From Vicinamibacterales bacterium (lineage in GTDB: Bacteria; Acidobacteriota; Vicinamibacteria; Vicinamibacterales; Fen-181): DNA of 64,000 bases. A program made the position numbers and the translations under genes. The notes beneath the pieces were generated by a model. It saw nothing but the letters and a program-made list of their open reading frames with translations. It was not told the origin of the DNA and did no database searches. Numbering within the stretch: position 1 is the first letter of the stretch; every line of letters starts with the position of its first letter. The stretch lies in NCBI GenBank assembly GCA_041947015.1, contig JBHGBL010000006.1, positions 118,675-182,674 of the forward strand, given 5' to 3'. Of this stretch, positions 1 to 9,807 are shown in pieces.

Positions 1-29
1 GAAGCGCTGCCTGGTCAAGGCCATAGGTT

Positions 30-49
30 GATGCTATAATGCTAGCATC
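30..49 (+). promoter_or_regulatory. Extended -10 promoter (TGCTATAAT, 32-40) overlapped by a 7-bp inverted repeat GATGCTA-n6-TAGCATC; likely autoregulatory operator of the TA pair
   Basis: Read directly: arms 30-36 and 43-49 are exact reverse complements; ATG follows at 50. Confidence 0.7.
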
Positions 50-304
50 ATGACGGCTAGAACCATGCTCTACCTTGAGCGCGACCAGCTGGAGGCGCTC
101 AAGGAAAGGGCCCGCGCGGAACGAATCCCCGTCACGAAGCTCATCCGACGCCTCATCCGGCAGTACCTGCAGAAGCCGGTCCCGGAAACGCCGCCTGAGG
201 CATGGTCACGGCTGGTCGGGCTTGGTTCCAGCGGGCTCGCCGATACGAGTGAACACCACGATCGCGCCCTTGCGGACGCCCTCACGCATGAGCATCTTCG
301 TTGA
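50..304 (+). CDS. Ribbon-helix-helix (CopG-like) antitoxin, VapB-type
   Basis: 84 aa; N-terminal RTMLYL strand followed by two helices; overlaps the start of a PIN-domain gene. Confidence 0.8.
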   Translation: MTARTMLYLERDQLEALKERARAERIPVTKLIRRLIRQYLQKPVPETPPEAWSRLVGLGSSGLADTSEHHDRALADALTHEHLR

Positions 305-713
305 CACCGGCGCCTGGTACGCCGTCGCCGATCGCTCCGACCGCCATCACGTGGAAGCCGCGCGCTTCTACGGACAGCGGGGGCCTGCAGGCGATCTCGT
401 CACGTCGGACCTCGTCGTCGCCGAGACGTGGACCCTGCTCGCGGCGCATCTCGGACGGGCGTCGGCGCTGGCCTTCTGGGAGATACTGCGAGACCTGAAG
501 GTGCCGATCCTGACGCTGGATCCGGCCGACGTGGAAGCCGCGTGGCGGATCGTTCAGGCCTTTCCAGACCAGGCCTTCAGTTTCACGGACTGCGCCTCGT
601 TCGCGCTCATGGAGCGTCTCGGCATCGACTCAGCATTCGCTTTCGACGCCCATTTCCTCGTCTACCGCTTCGGCTCGGGCCGCCGTCGCGCCTTCCGCGT
701 GTATCCCGGCTGA
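288..713 (+). CDS. vapC: PIN-domain toxin (VapC family)
   Basis: True start ATG 288 (MSIFVDTGAW); acidic PIN motifs VDT, VVAET, SFTDC, AFDAHF. Confidence 0.9.
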   Translation: MSIFVDTGAWYAVADRSDRHHVEAARFYGQRGPAGDLVTSDLVVAETWTLLAAHLGRASALAFWEILRDLKVPILTLDPADVEAAWRIVQAFPDQAFSFTDCASFALMERLGIDSAFAFDAHFLVYRFGSGRRRAFRVYPG

Positions 714-759
714 ACGCGTCGCGACTCAGAGGTGTGCCTGCGGGCGGTGGCCACGTGGC

Positions 760-1430
760 TGTACTTCTGCTCCGCTTCGAGCGCCCGCCTTGTTCGTGCC
801 TCTACGCGCTCGGGCGATTCGCCGTTGGCGGCGAGTCGGATCACGGGCCTGAATACCAGGCGCGTGGAGATCTCTCTGCGAGCGAGCTCGACCAGCTTCG
901 AGAGCCCAAGCTGTAGCCACCCTCCAGCAACGTCCGGACCTGCACGTTCTTTTCTTCGCCTCAAAACAGCTCGAGCTGATGTCGTAGAGGACTAGCCCGC
1001 CCTCTGTCAGGTGACGAGCCGCCAGCTTCTGTTCGGTCGCCTTCTGCCTCGTGAGCAGCCAGTCCATCGCGTCGTTCAGGTCATCCTCGCTGGCGCCGCT
1101 GACGCGGAGGTCCTCAGAGCGCGTCCGCGCCTGCCACCACCTGGTTGTCGCCAGCTTCGTGTGCGGAGCCACCACCCGAGCCGCGACCATCGCCGTGACG
1201 AGGTCGGCCGACGTGAAGGCCGCGAAGAGAGCAAGCGCGAGAACACCAGTCGGTCCAACGCGGTAAGCACCGCGACGGAGGGCCTCGGCGTGGGCGACTG
1301 TGCCGTCAGCCGGGCCGAGCCCGCAGCGCGGTAGTTCCTGCAACCCTTCAGGAGCCTTCGCAGGCTCCCTCGAACTGGCCAGAGGTTCTTGCGAGGATTT
1401 CGCGTGCCGATCGAGGACGCTGTTGTGCTT
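760..1430 (-). mobile_element. Degraded IS1634-family transposase relic (frameshifted, internally deleted)
   Basis: Fragments in different frames resemble IS1634 Tnp: AVLTALDRLVFSRLLSSRPSRR, DLVTAMVAARVVAPHTKLATTRWW, MDWLLTRQKATEQKLAARHLTEGGLVLYDISSSCFE, QVRTLLEGG/LQLGL; no ends recognised. Confidence 0.75.
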
Positions 1431-1466
1431 CTCGGGCACGGCAATCCCGAATTCCACCACGGGCTG

Positions 1467-1910
1467 CTAACGCTGACTGCCAACCCGCTCGAGATTGGCG
1501 AGCACGCGCGCGAGGTAGGCATCCAGTCGCGCGGCGTCTTTCTTGGAGAAACCCTGGTAGAAAAGGCGCGTCATCCCGGCTGAGACATCTGCGTAGAGCT
1601 TGTGCAGGGCCTTGTTCTTCGGCGTCGGCTCGATGACGATCTTGCGGCGGTCGTTTACGCTGCGCACGCGGACGATCTGGCCGGCGGCTTCCAGGCGATC
1701 GATGGTGTTCGTGAGCGTGGACTTGCCCAGCGAAACCCGCCTGGCGAGCTCGTTGATCGTCATCGGGCCTTCCTCCCACAGGACGAAGAGCACGCGGCCA
1801 TGGGCAGGGTCGATCTTCAGGCCGCGTTCGCGCAGCATGCGCGCGAATATGCGCCCACCGATGCGGTGGATCTTCGCGATGAGGAAACCACCCTGCCTGT
1901 GTTCCCTCAT
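1467..1910 (-). CDS. MarR-family transcriptional regulator
   Basis: wHTH with LTNTIDRLEAAG and DRR motif; 4-bp overlap with the upstream gene. Confidence 0.9.
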   Translation of the reverse strand: MREHRQGGFLIAKIHRIGGRIFARMLRERGLKIDPAHGRVLFVLWEEGPMTINELARRVSLGKSTLTNTIDRLEAAGQIVRVRSVNDRRKIVIEPTPKNKALHKLYADVSAGMTRLFYQGFSKKDAARLDAYLARVLANLERVGSQR

Positions 1911-2362
1911 GGCACCCGCAAGTCAAGGTAGAACGGTTCGCTGCCCCACCAGCCGCTGGCTTCCTCGGGCGTGAGACGGACGACGACGCAATCCGGGTCG
2001 GAGGGCCCGCCTGGCCAGTAGACGCGCCAGCCCTCGTCCCAGAGCGCCTCCTTGTACTTCAGGTCTTCCAACACTTCGGTGTCGCCCGCGAGCATCACGC
2101 CCTTGGACTCGCGCGGCAGGGCGAAATAGGCCGCGGCGGAGGAATTGTCGCGCAGGTCGCGCAACTTTCCCGAGGCGGCCGAGGTGCAGAAGTAGACGGT
2201 GAAGCCGGCGGCGCGGGCGAACCGCGAGGGCCCGGGGTAGATGTCCGCGCGCCGATGGTTGACCATGGCGCGAATGCGCGGCGCCGAGCCCTTGACCGTG
2301 GCGAGGTACACGGCGTCGGACCGGTCCATCACGTCGAGGATGTCGTTCCTGCCTATCGTCAT
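1907..2362 (-). CDS. Pyridoxamine 5'-phosphate oxidase-like / general stress protein 26 family FMN-binding protein
   Basis: VYLATV..PRIRAM, YFCTS..SGK, LW..W..YW..GPSDPD pattern. Confidence 0.8.
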   Translation of the reverse strand: MTIGRNDILDVMDRSDAVYLATVKGSAPRIRAMVNHRRADIYPGPSRFARAAGFTVYFCTSAASGKLRDLRDNSSAAAYFALPRESKGVMLAGDTEVLEDLKYKEALWDEGWRVYWPGGPSDPDCVVVRLTPEEASGWWGSEPFYLDLRVP

Positions 2363-2799
2363 TTCGGTGGCTGCGGCTTGATGTACGACCAGTGCGTGTG
2401 AACTATGCGCCAGCCCTCCTCGGTCCTGCGATAGACCTCGGTGGCATTCCAGCGCGGCCCCTTGCCATCCTTGCGCCGGTAGTTGAAGGTCAGGACGGCG
2501 GCGTCGCCCATCACCTGCACGTTCGAATCCAGCATCTCTCCGGCGGCCGGCGTGCCGCTGCCGCCGAACGACTCGTAGTACTTGCGCAGGTTCTCGAGAC
2601 CGACAATCGGCCGTTCCAGAGCGGGATCGATGTAGACGACACCGGGATCGGAGATCTCCAGGAAGCCCTCGGGGTCGAGCTCGTCGGACCGGTCCAGCGC
2701 CGCGCGCTCCATGGCGATGATGGTGGCGGCGGCGGTGGGTTGCGCGGCCGGGGCACCCAGGGGCGGCAGCGGAAGCAGCGAAGGCAGCGGTTCGCTCAT
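2359..2799 (-). CDS. NTF2-like / DUF4440 (SnoaL-like) protein
   Basis: Start ATG 2799 with GAGGT RBS; IIAMERAALD, WNATEVYRR...WRIVHTHWS. Confidence 0.8.
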   Translation of the reverse strand: MSEPLPSLLPLPPLGAPAAQPTAAATIIAMERAALDRSDELDPEGFLEISDPGVVYIDPALERPIVGLENLRKYYESFGGSGTPAAGEMLDSNVQVMGDAAVLTFNYRRKDGKGPRWNATEVYRRTEEGWRIVHTHWSYIKPQPPK

Positions 2800-2826
2800 G
2801 CGCACCTCTTGAAGTTCGATGTAGAA

Positions 2827-2844
2827 TAGTCCGATATCGAACAT
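2827..2844. promoter_or_regulatory. Imperfect 18-bp palindrome TAGTCCGATATCGAACAT, candidate MarR operator between divergent genes
   Basis: CGATATCG core; related half-site AGTTCGAT at 2813-2820; AT-rich patch. Confidence 0.5.
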
Positions 2845-2862
2845 GTTGGCAAGAGAGGCACG

Positions 2863-3420
2863 ATGGCAGATCTCATCACGATTGATGTTCGAACCAGGCA
2901 GGAATGGCGCGCCTGGTTGGCGAAGAACCACGCGTCGTGTCCGGGCATCTGGCTCGTCCGACACAAGGCGCACTCCGGCGTCGAGTCGATGCCCTACGAG
3001 GACGTCGTACGTGAGGCGCTCTGCTTCGGATGGATCGACAGCCTGATCAAGCGGATCGACGACGATCGCTACATGATCAAAGTCACGCCGCGCAGGCCGG
3101 ACAGCAAGTGGTCGGCGATCAACCGGCGGCGGTGGAGAGAACTCGAGGCATCCGGCCTCCTCGCCGCGCCCGGCCTCGCCGCGGCGCCCACCGAGAAGAG
3201 GTACGCCGACAAACCGGCGGTCCCGGAGCTGCCCTCATACATTGCAGAAGCGCTCCAGACCAAGATCGAGGCCTGGCAGCACTTCCAGAAGCTGGCCCCG
3301 ACCTACCGGCGGCAGTTCGTCATGTGGATTCATACAGCCAAGCAGGCGGAAACCCGTGACAGGCGTCTTCGCGAATCGGTTGCGTTGCTGGCGGCGGGAA
3401 AAAGGCTCGGCCTCAAGTGA
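2863..3420 (+). CDS. YdeI/OmpD-associated family protein
   Basis: WRAWLAKNH, EALCFGWIDS, WSAINRRR, F..LAPTYRRQFV.WI..AKQAETR..R. Confidence 0.85.
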   Translation: MADLITIDVRTRQEWRAWLAKNHASCPGIWLVRHKAHSGVESMPYEDVVREALCFGWIDSLIKRIDDDRYMIKVTPRRPDSKWSAINRRRWRELEASGLLAAPGLAAAPTEKRYADKPAVPELPSYIAEALQTKIEAWQHFQKLAPTYRRQFVMWIHTAKQAETRDRRLRESVALLAAGKRLGLK

Positions 3421-3595
3421 GGGACGAGGCTGGATTGGCAGGGATTGATGAGGACCTGTGGTTCAGCTCCACCGACTGCCGCAGGAATTGGGAACGAGAA
3501 GCCGATGAGGTCGAGCGGAGCGAGGACCCTCGCGCTCTCGGCTAGGATTTCGAGGATTCTCCGCCAGGTCGATAGGTGCTATGATTGGGCGTTCA

Positions 3596-4138
3596 ATGCG
3601 TAGCCCTGCTGCGCCGAGCGTCGCCGCGCTGCTCCCGCGAGCGTTCACGCGTCTGGCTGAACGTCTGGCGAGGACCTGCGCAGTGCTGCTGGGCGGCTTC
3701 CACGCGGTGCTGTTCTTCGAGCGGTTGTCCTCAGGTCAGCTGCTCGACCCGATCGCCCTGACGCGGTGGATCGTCGGGCTGGTCTTGGTCGGCGTCCTGC
3801 TGGCCCTGAAGCGGTCCGGGGTTCCCCTCCTCTGGGGCCGCCGCGCCCTCGTGTTCTGGACGTTCGTTCTCTTTCTCCACTGGAGCGCGCGCGCGCCCGC
3901 CGCGCCGATTGGCGGCTTCGACGTTCCCGTCGACAGCACGCTGGTGCTCGTGGTGCTTCCGGCCGCTTGCAGCGCGGCTGGCCTCGCTCTCGGCCTGCTT
4001 GCTCTCCTCGAGGCGACCCGCCGGGGGCGCGTTGTCGCGGCTGCCGGCGCGTGGTCGGCAACGCCTGAGCACGCTTCGGCCGTTCCCGACGATGGTGCGG
4101 CCCACCAACTCTGGGCCCGGCCTCCTCCGCTCCTCTAG
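3596..4138 (+). CDS. Multi-pass membrane protein with a C-terminal RPPP motif (candidate arrest-peptide ORF)
   Basis: 4-5 hydrophobic segments, ends ...HQLWARPPPLL*; the ATG at 3581 lies inside a TGCTATGAT -10, so ATG 3596 is preferred. Confidence 0.65.
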   Translation: MRSPAAPSVAALLPRAFTRLAERLARTCAVLLGGFHAVLFFERLSSGQLLDPIALTRWIVGLVLVGVLLALKRSGVPLLWGRRALVFWTFVLFLHWSARAPAAPIGGFDVPVDSTLVLVVLPAACSAAGLALGLLALLEATRRGRVVAAAGAWSATPEHASAVPDDGAAHQLWARPPPLL

Positions 4139-4247
4139 TTCCACGCCCTTCACAGGTTCTGGCACGGACCCGCTGTACACACTGAAGGCGGCTCCTTTGC
4201 GGGCTCTGCACGGCTGAACGCCGCGCAGCGCCGAGGCAAGGCCCTCG

Positions 4248-5069
4248 ATGGAAAACCTCGTTCGGCTGTTGAATACGCTCCTGCCACTCGGCTATGGCGG
4301 GGCGCTGTCGGCCTACTCGATGGCCTTCTTTGGAGGTCAGCCGCTGGCCTCGCGCCTTGCGCGGCGCGCCATGGAGGCTACGCTCGCAGCCCACGTGCTC
4401 TTTCTCGTCGCCCTGACTGCTGTCGAGCGACACATCCCGCTCTCTTCCGGGCCCGAGATCATGACTGTCTTGGCACTGGCAGTCGCAATCGTCTACGTGG
4501 CGGTAGAGCGTCGCACCGGCGTCGAGCGTACAGGCATGTTCCTCACCCTACTGCCGCTGACGCTGCAGATCGTCTCGTCCTCCTTCCTGGAATTCCAGAC
4601 GGTATTCCCCGCGATCCTGGAGAGCCCGCTATTCGTCCTCCATACCATCGCTGCCGTGGTGGGCTATGCGGGCTTTTGCGTTTCGGCGGTCTACAGCGGC
4701 TTGTACCTGGTCTTGCACCGCTCGCTCAAGCACGGTCGGTTCGGCCTGGTGTTCGACAGACTGCCGCCACTGGAGGTGCTGGCACGCATGAGCGTCGGGG
4801 CGGCCAGAGCAGGTGTGTCCTCGCTCATGGTCACCATCGTGGTCGGGTCCGCCTGGGCGTTCAGTGCGGCTCCCGGATTCGTCCGGGATCCGAAGTTCCT
4901 TCTCACGGTAGCCGTGTGGGGGGGGTACCTGATCGCGATCATGCTGCACCGAAGGTCGTGGTGGAGCGACCGGCGCACGGTCGCGGGCTTCCTTGTCGGG
5001 TTCGTGCTGCTCGTTGGCGCCGCGCTGGCCAGCCGGCTGATCTTCGACAGCTTTCACACGTTCGCGTGA
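4248..5069 (+). CDS. ccsA: Cytochrome c biogenesis protein CcsA/HemX family
   Basis: 8 TM segments, LHTIAAVVGY, DRLPPLEVLARM, DPKFLLT..VW..Y; first gene of the hem operon. Confidence 0.8.
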   Translation: MENLVRLLNTLLPLGYGGALSAYSMAFFGGQPLASRLARRAMEATLAAHVLFLVALTAVERHIPLSSGPEIMTVLALAVAIVYVAVERRTGVERTGMFLTLLPLTLQIVSSSFLEFQTVFPAILESPLFVLHTIAAVVGYAGFCVSAVYSGLYLVLHRSLKHGRFGLVFDRLPPLEVLARMSVGAARAGVSSLMVTIVVGSAWAFSAAPGFVRDPKFLLTVAVWGGYLIAIMLHRRSWWSDRRTVAGFLVGFVLLVGAALASRLIFDSFHTFA

Positions 5070-5077
5070 GTAATCCG

Positions 5078-6370
5078 ATGGAGCTGGTGCTCGTTGGCGT
5101 GAATCACCGCACGGCCGGCGTCGACACGCGAGCCCGTTTTGCGATCGGGCCGGAAGAGGTTGGCGCCCGCCTGGTCGGCCTCCTGGACGACCGGCTCGCC
5201 TCAGAAGCCTTGTGCCTGTCAACCTGCAATCGCTTTGAGATCTACGCTGCAATCGAAGAGGAAGCGGGCGACCACGCCGGTCGTGCACGCACGATTCTCG
5301 CCGCCGTCACAGGGCAGGGCGCCGACAGCGGTGCGCCGCTCTACGTCGTGCAAGGCTGCGAGGTGGGCCGCCACGCCATGCGTGTGGCTTCCGGTCTCGA
5401 CTCGCTGGTCCTGGGTGAACGCCAGATCCTCTCGCAGGTCAAGGAAGCAGTGGCGTTGGCCCGGAAGGCCGGGACGATCGGGCCCGTGCTCGATCGGCTG
5501 TTCAACTTCGCCTTGCACACAGCCAAGCGCGTGCAAGCGGAGACCGAGCTGGCGACGGGAGCGGTGTCGGTGGCTTCGGCAGCGGTGGTGTTGGCCGAGA
5601 AGGTGCTCGGTTCGCTCACAGGCCGCGGCGCGCTGGTCATCGGCACCGGGGACACGGGCAGCCTGGTGGCGCGACATGTCGCCAAGCGCAAGCCATCGCG
5701 AATCTTCCTCGCCAACCGGACGACCGGACGCGCAGCTCCGCTTGCAGAGGAGCTCGGGGCCACCGTGATCTCCCTCGACGACATGGGCCGCGTTCTGCCG
5801 GACGTGGACGTCGTCGTCTGCGCGGCCCGGTCGCCTTTCCCTCTGCTCACCCGCGCGACGGTCCGTGCAGCGCACGCCGGCCGGAGGGGCAGGCCGCTGG
5901 TCCTCGTCGACATATCGGTCCCCCGCAACATCGATCCCGCAGCCGCCGACGGGGACGACGTGTTCCTGTATTCCATCGATGCCTTGACCGCCGTGATCGA
6001 CGGCAGCATCGCCAAGCGCCGGCGCGAGGCCGCGCGGGCCGAGGCGATCGTCGGGCAGGAGGTCGAGAAGTTCGCCAGATGGATGCGGGCACTTTCGGCC
6101 GCACCTCTCGTCCGTCAGCTGCACGATCATTTCGAGCGGGTCCGCTCGGACGAAGTCGAGCGCAGCCTTCGGCACTTCGGCCCCGCCGAGCGCGAGCACG
6201 TCGAGCGGCTGACCAGGGCTCTCGTAAACAGACTGCTGCGCGCGCCAACGGTTCGCCTCCGGGCCGACGACGTGCTGAACGGAACTGGTAGTACCTGGGC
6301 CCAGGCGGTACGCGAACTCTTCGCTCTGCCTGGCGGCTACAACGCCAAGGGGACGGACCATGACCTCTGA
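5078..6370 (+). CDS. hemA: Glutamyl-tRNA reductase
   Basis: VGVNHRTA, LSTCNRFE (catalytic Cys), SLVLGERQILSQVK, GTGDTG, DISVPRNID; start could be GTG 5066. Confidence 0.96.
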   Translation: MELVLVGVNHRTAGVDTRARFAIGPEEVGARLVGLLDDRLASEALCLSTCNRFEIYAAIEEEAGDHAGRARTILAAVTGQGADSGAPLYVVQGCEVGRHAMRVASGLDSLVLGERQILSQVKEAVALARKAGTIGPVLDRLFNFALHTAKRVQAETELATGAVSVASAAVVLAEKVLGSLTGRGALVIGTGDTGSLVARHVAKRKPSRIFLANRTTGRAAPLAEELGATVISLDDMGRVLPDVDVVVCAARSPFPLLTRATVRAAHAGRRGRPLVLVDISVPRNIDPAAADGDDVFLYSIDALTAVIDGSIAKRRREAARAEAIVGQEVEKFARWMRALSAAPLVRQLHDHFERVRSDEVERSLRHFGPAEREHVERLTRALVNRLLRAPTVRLRADDVLNGTGSTWAQAVRELFALPGGYNAKGTDHDL

Positions 6371-7328
6371 ACAGCAGGCGGTCTTCCGAGTAGGTACGCG
6401 CGGCAGTGCGCTCGCACTCTGGCAGACCGATAACGTCATCGCCCGGCTGCTCGAGATCGCGCCCGGCGCAACCGTGAACCGGGTCGTGCTCAGCACGCTC
6501 GGCGACCGGGTTTCCGATCGACCACTCCCCCGCATCGGCGACAAGGGGCTGTTCACCCGCGACCTCGAAGATGCCCTGCGCCGCGGGACGATCGACCTTG
6601 CCGTGCACAGTCTGAAAGACGTGCCCACCGCCGAACCAGACGGCCTCCAGATCGGCGCGGTGCTGCGCCGCGAGGATCCCCGGGATGTCGTGGTCTCACC
6701 GCGCGGATTCACGATGCGCACCCTCCCGCAAGGGGCCATCGTAGGGACATCTTCGCTCAGGCGGCGGTCACAGCTTCTCTCTCTCCGGCCGGATCTCCGC
6801 GTGCGGGACATTCGAGGCAACGTCCCTACAAGGCTCGCCAGGCTCGAGCGCGGCGAGTACGACGCTGCGGTCATGGCCCACGCCGGGCTGCTCCGGCTCG
6901 ATCTTACCCATCAGGTCACGGAGGTGCTCGACGTGGACCAGATGCTGCCGGCGGTCGGTCAGGGCGCCCTGGCGGTGCAGTGTCGACGCCTCGATCGTGC
7001 CGTCGCACAGGTGCTGGCCTTCCTCGACGATGGGCCGACGCGCGTGGCGACGGCCGCTGAGCGAGCGCTGCTTGCCGCTCTCGAGGGCGGCTGTCACGCC
7101 CCGGTCGCCGCCTACGCCACCTTGGAGGGGCCCGTTCTGCGTCTGCGTGCCCTCGTTGCGAGCGTGGACGGTACCGAGGTCCTCAGGGACGAACTGTCCG
7201 GGGAGAGCCTTGACGCCGAGGCTGCAACGGCGCTGGGAAGGCGGCTCGCCGAGCGCCTCGTCGCTTCCGGCGCGTCGCGGGTAATCGCGCGCGCACGCAT
7301 CGAATCGGTTTCTCGAGACCTTGCTTGA
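6360..7328 (+). CDS. hemC: Hydroxymethylbilane synthase (porphobilinogen deaminase)
   Basis: GTRGSALALWQ, GDKGLFT, AVHSLKDVP, GTSSLRR, IRGNVPTRL, LEGGCHAP. Confidence 0.97.
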   Translation: MTSEQQAVFRVGTRGSALALWQTDNVIARLLEIAPGATVNRVVLSTLGDRVSDRPLPRIGDKGLFTRDLEDALRRGTIDLAVHSLKDVPTAEPDGLQIGAVLRREDPRDVVVSPRGFTMRTLPQGAIVGTSSLRRRSQLLSLRPDLRVRDIRGNVPTRLARLERGEYDAAVMAHAGLLRLDLTHQVTEVLDVDQMLPAVGQGALAVQCRRLDRAVAQVLAFLDDGPTRVATAAERALLAALEGGCHAPVAAYATLEGPVLRLRALVASVDGTEVLRDELSGESLDAEAATALGRRLAERLVASGASRVIARARIESVSRDLA

Positions 7329-7384
7329 GTTGATACGGAGGATGCCGCGCACGCCACTGCCCGGCGCCGAGCGGCAGATCGACC

Positions 7385-8692
7385 ATGACACACACAACCC
7401 GACATACGCTGGCGAGCGCGGCTCTTTTCGAGCGGGCGCTGACACTCCTGCCAGGCGGCGTGAACTCGCCGGTACGAGCCTTCCGCGCCGTGGGCGGAAA
7501 CCCGCTCTTCATGGCTCGCGCCGAGGGCTGCCGTGTGATCGACGAGGACGGCAACTCCTACCTCGACTACGTCGGCTCTTGGGGGCCGATGATCGTGGGC
7601 CACGCGCACCCGGAGGTGACAGGAGCCATCGCGGCACAAGCGGCCCTGGGCACCTCGTTCGGCATGCCGTCCCGGCTCGAGGTGGAGCTGGCCGAGATGC
7701 TTCGGGATTTCATCCCCTCGCTCGAACGGATTCGGATGGTGAACTCGGGCACCGAGGCGACAATGGCGGCCGTCCGTCTCGCACGAGGCGCCACCGGCCG
7801 CGAGAAGATCGTGAAGTTCGAAGGCTGCTATCACGGGCACGGCGACTCGTTTCTCATCAAGGCGGGTTCGGGAGCCGCCACCTTCGGCGTGCCCGACAGC
7901 CCGGGCGTCACGGAAGGAACTGCGCGGGACACCCTGACGGCGGTCTTCAACGACCTTGGCACCGTCGAAGAGTGTTTTGCCGCCGCTCCGAGCCAGGTTG
8001 CCGCGGTCATCGTCGAGCCGGTAGCGGGCAACATGGGAGTGGTCGCGCCGCAGGCCGGGTTTCTCGAGGGGCTGCGAGATATCTGCAGCCGGCACGGTAC
8101 AGTGCTCGTGTTCGATGAGGTGATGACCGGGTTCCGCGTCGCGCGCGGCGGCGCACAGGAGCTCTTCCGCACGAAACCCGACCTGACGACGTTCGGAAAA
8201 GTGATCGGGGGCGGGCTTCCTGTCGGTGCCTACGGCGGGCGAGCAGACCTCATGCGACATGTCGCGCCAGACGGCCCGGTCTACCAGGCAGGCACCCTTT
8301 CGGGCAACCCGCTCGCCATGGCGGCAGGTCTTGCAACCCTCCGCGTGATCGACCGCGATCCGTCCTTCTACCGCCGGCTGGATGCCCTCGGTGCGCGGCT
8401 GGAGAATGGAATTCAGGAAGCCGCCGCTCGCGCGGGCGTGCCTTGCGTGGTGGCGCGCGTCGGCTCGATGTGGACTCCGTTCTTCACGAAGGCGCCCGTT
8501 ACCGACTGGGCCTCGGCCGCTGCCTGCGATCGCGCCCGGTACGCCCGTTTCTTCCACGCGATGCTCGACCGCGGGGTCGTCCTGGCGCCCTCCCAGTTCG
8601 AGGCGAACTTCATCTCGGCCGCCCATACCATGGATGACATCGATCGGACGATAGCGGCGGCCGCCGCCGCATTCGAGGCGGCGCGTGCCTGA
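7385..8692 (+). CDS. hemL: Glutamate-1-semialdehyde 2,1-aminomutase
   Basis: [53 protein letters not shown]. Confidence 0.97.
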   Translation: MTHTTRHTLASAALFERALTLLPGGVNSPVRAFRAVGGNPLFMARAEGCRVIDEDGNSYLDYVGSWGPMIVGHAHPEVTGAIAAQAALGTSFGMPSRLEVELAEMLRDFIPSLERIRMVNSGTEATMAAVRLARGATGREKIVKFEGCYHGHGDSFLIKAGSGAATFGVPDSPGVTEGTARDTLTAVFNDLGTVEECFAAAPSQVAAVIVEPVAGNMGVVAPQAGFLEGLRDICSRHGTVLVFDEVMTGFRVARGGAQELFRTKPDLTTFGKVIGGGLPVGAYGGRADLMRHVAPDGPVYQAGTLSGNPLAMAAGLATLRVIDRDPSFYRRLDALGARLENGIQEAAARAGVPCVVARVGSMWTPFFTKAPVTDWASAAACDRARYARFFHAMLDRGVVLAPSQFEANFISAAHTMDDIDRTIAAAAAAFEAARA

Positions 8693-9803
8693 TCCCTCAG
8701 CCGGCACCGTCGCGGAAAGCGGGCCGTCGGTCCCGCAGCCTCGGTTCCTGCGCGCCTGCCTGGGCCTGCCGGTCGACCGCACGCCAATCTGGATCATGCG
8801 GCAGGCAGGCCGCTACCTTCCCGAGTACCGGGCGGTGCGCAGGCGGCACGACTTCCTCACGTGTTGCCGCACGCCGGAACTGGCCTGCGAGATCACGCTG
8901 CAACCCGTACGCCGGCTTGGCGTCGATGCCGCAATCCTCTTCTCGGACATACTCGTGCCGCTGCCGGGGATGGGAGTCGAGGTCAGCTTCGACCCGGGTC
9001 CCCGGATCGAAGGCGCGGTGCGCTCACCCGGCGACGTCGCCCGGCTTCGCGTAGCGGACCCGGAGGAGGCTACAGGCTACTTACTCGACGCGATCCGGCT
9101 GCTGCGCAAAGCACTGCCGCCGGATGTGCCGCTCATCGGGTTCGCTGGCGCGCCGTTCACGCTCGCAAGCTATCTGGTCGAGGGCAGCGGGTCGAAGTCC
9201 TTCTCGCAAGTCAAACGCCTTCTGTTCGGCGATCCGCCTGTCGCCCACCGGCTGCTCGCCACCTGCGCAGAAACCGTCGTGAAGCACGCGGTGGCTCAGG
9301 TGCGCGCGGGCGCGCAGGCCCTGATGCTGTTCGACACCTGGGCCGGGCTGCTCGCGCCCGCCGACTACGCCGCTTTCGCGTTGCCCTACGCGAGGCAAGT
9401 CTTCGACGCTGTCAGGTGCGCGGCCGACGAGGTCCACCAGCAGGTCCCGAAGATCTACTACGCGGGCGACGGAGCGGGCTACCTGGAACAGTGCCGCGGC
9501 ATCGCCGCCGACGTCGTCGGCATCGACTGGCGCATCGACCTCGATGTCGCCCGCAGGCGTCTGGGCCCGACGATTGCCCTCCAGGGCAACCTCGATCCCG
9601 CGGTGCTCCTGGCGCCGCCGCCGGTCATCCGCGACCGCACGCGCCGTGTGCTGGAAGCCGCCCACCGGGCCGAGGGTGAACGCGCGGGCAGCGGGCCGGC
9701 CAGCGGTCATGTGTTCAACCTCGGGCACGGCATCCTCCCGGCTACACCGGCCGAGCATGCCCGTGTGCTGGTAGACGCAGTGCACGAGCTGTCTATGGAG
9801 TGA
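8685..9803 (+). CDS. hemE: Uroporphyrinogen decarboxylase
   Basis: [53 protein letters not shown]. Confidence 0.97.
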   Translation: MPDPSAGTVAESGPSVPQPRFLRACLGLPVDRTPIWIMRQAGRYLPEYRAVRRRHDFLTCCRTPELACEITLQPVRRLGVDAAILFSDILVPLPGMGVEVSFDPGPRIEGAVRSPGDVARLRVADPEEATGYLLDAIRLLRKALPPDVPLIGFAGAPFTLASYLVEGSGSKSFSQVKRLLFGDPPVAHRLLATCAETVVKHAVAQVRAGAQALMLFDTWAGLLAPADYAAFALPYARQVFDAVRCAADEVHQQVPKIYYAGDGAGYLEQCRGIAADVVGIDWRIDLDVARRRLGPTIALQGNLDPAVLLAPPPVIRDRTRRVLEAAHRAEGERAGSGPASGHVFNLGHGILPATPAEHARVLVDAVHELSME

Positions 9804-9807
9804 TCCG

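Noticed and set aside
4676-5065. N-terminal extensions from the ORF track (hemA 4676, hemY 11560, M24 15459, acr3 24624, ADOP 46867, propeller 46581)
   Set aside because: They overlap other genes; internal starts with RBS or stop-start coupling fit family lengths
7329-7384. Possible hemD/hemB remnant between hemC and hemL
   Set aside because: Only a vague PLPGAERQI resemblance; not supportable
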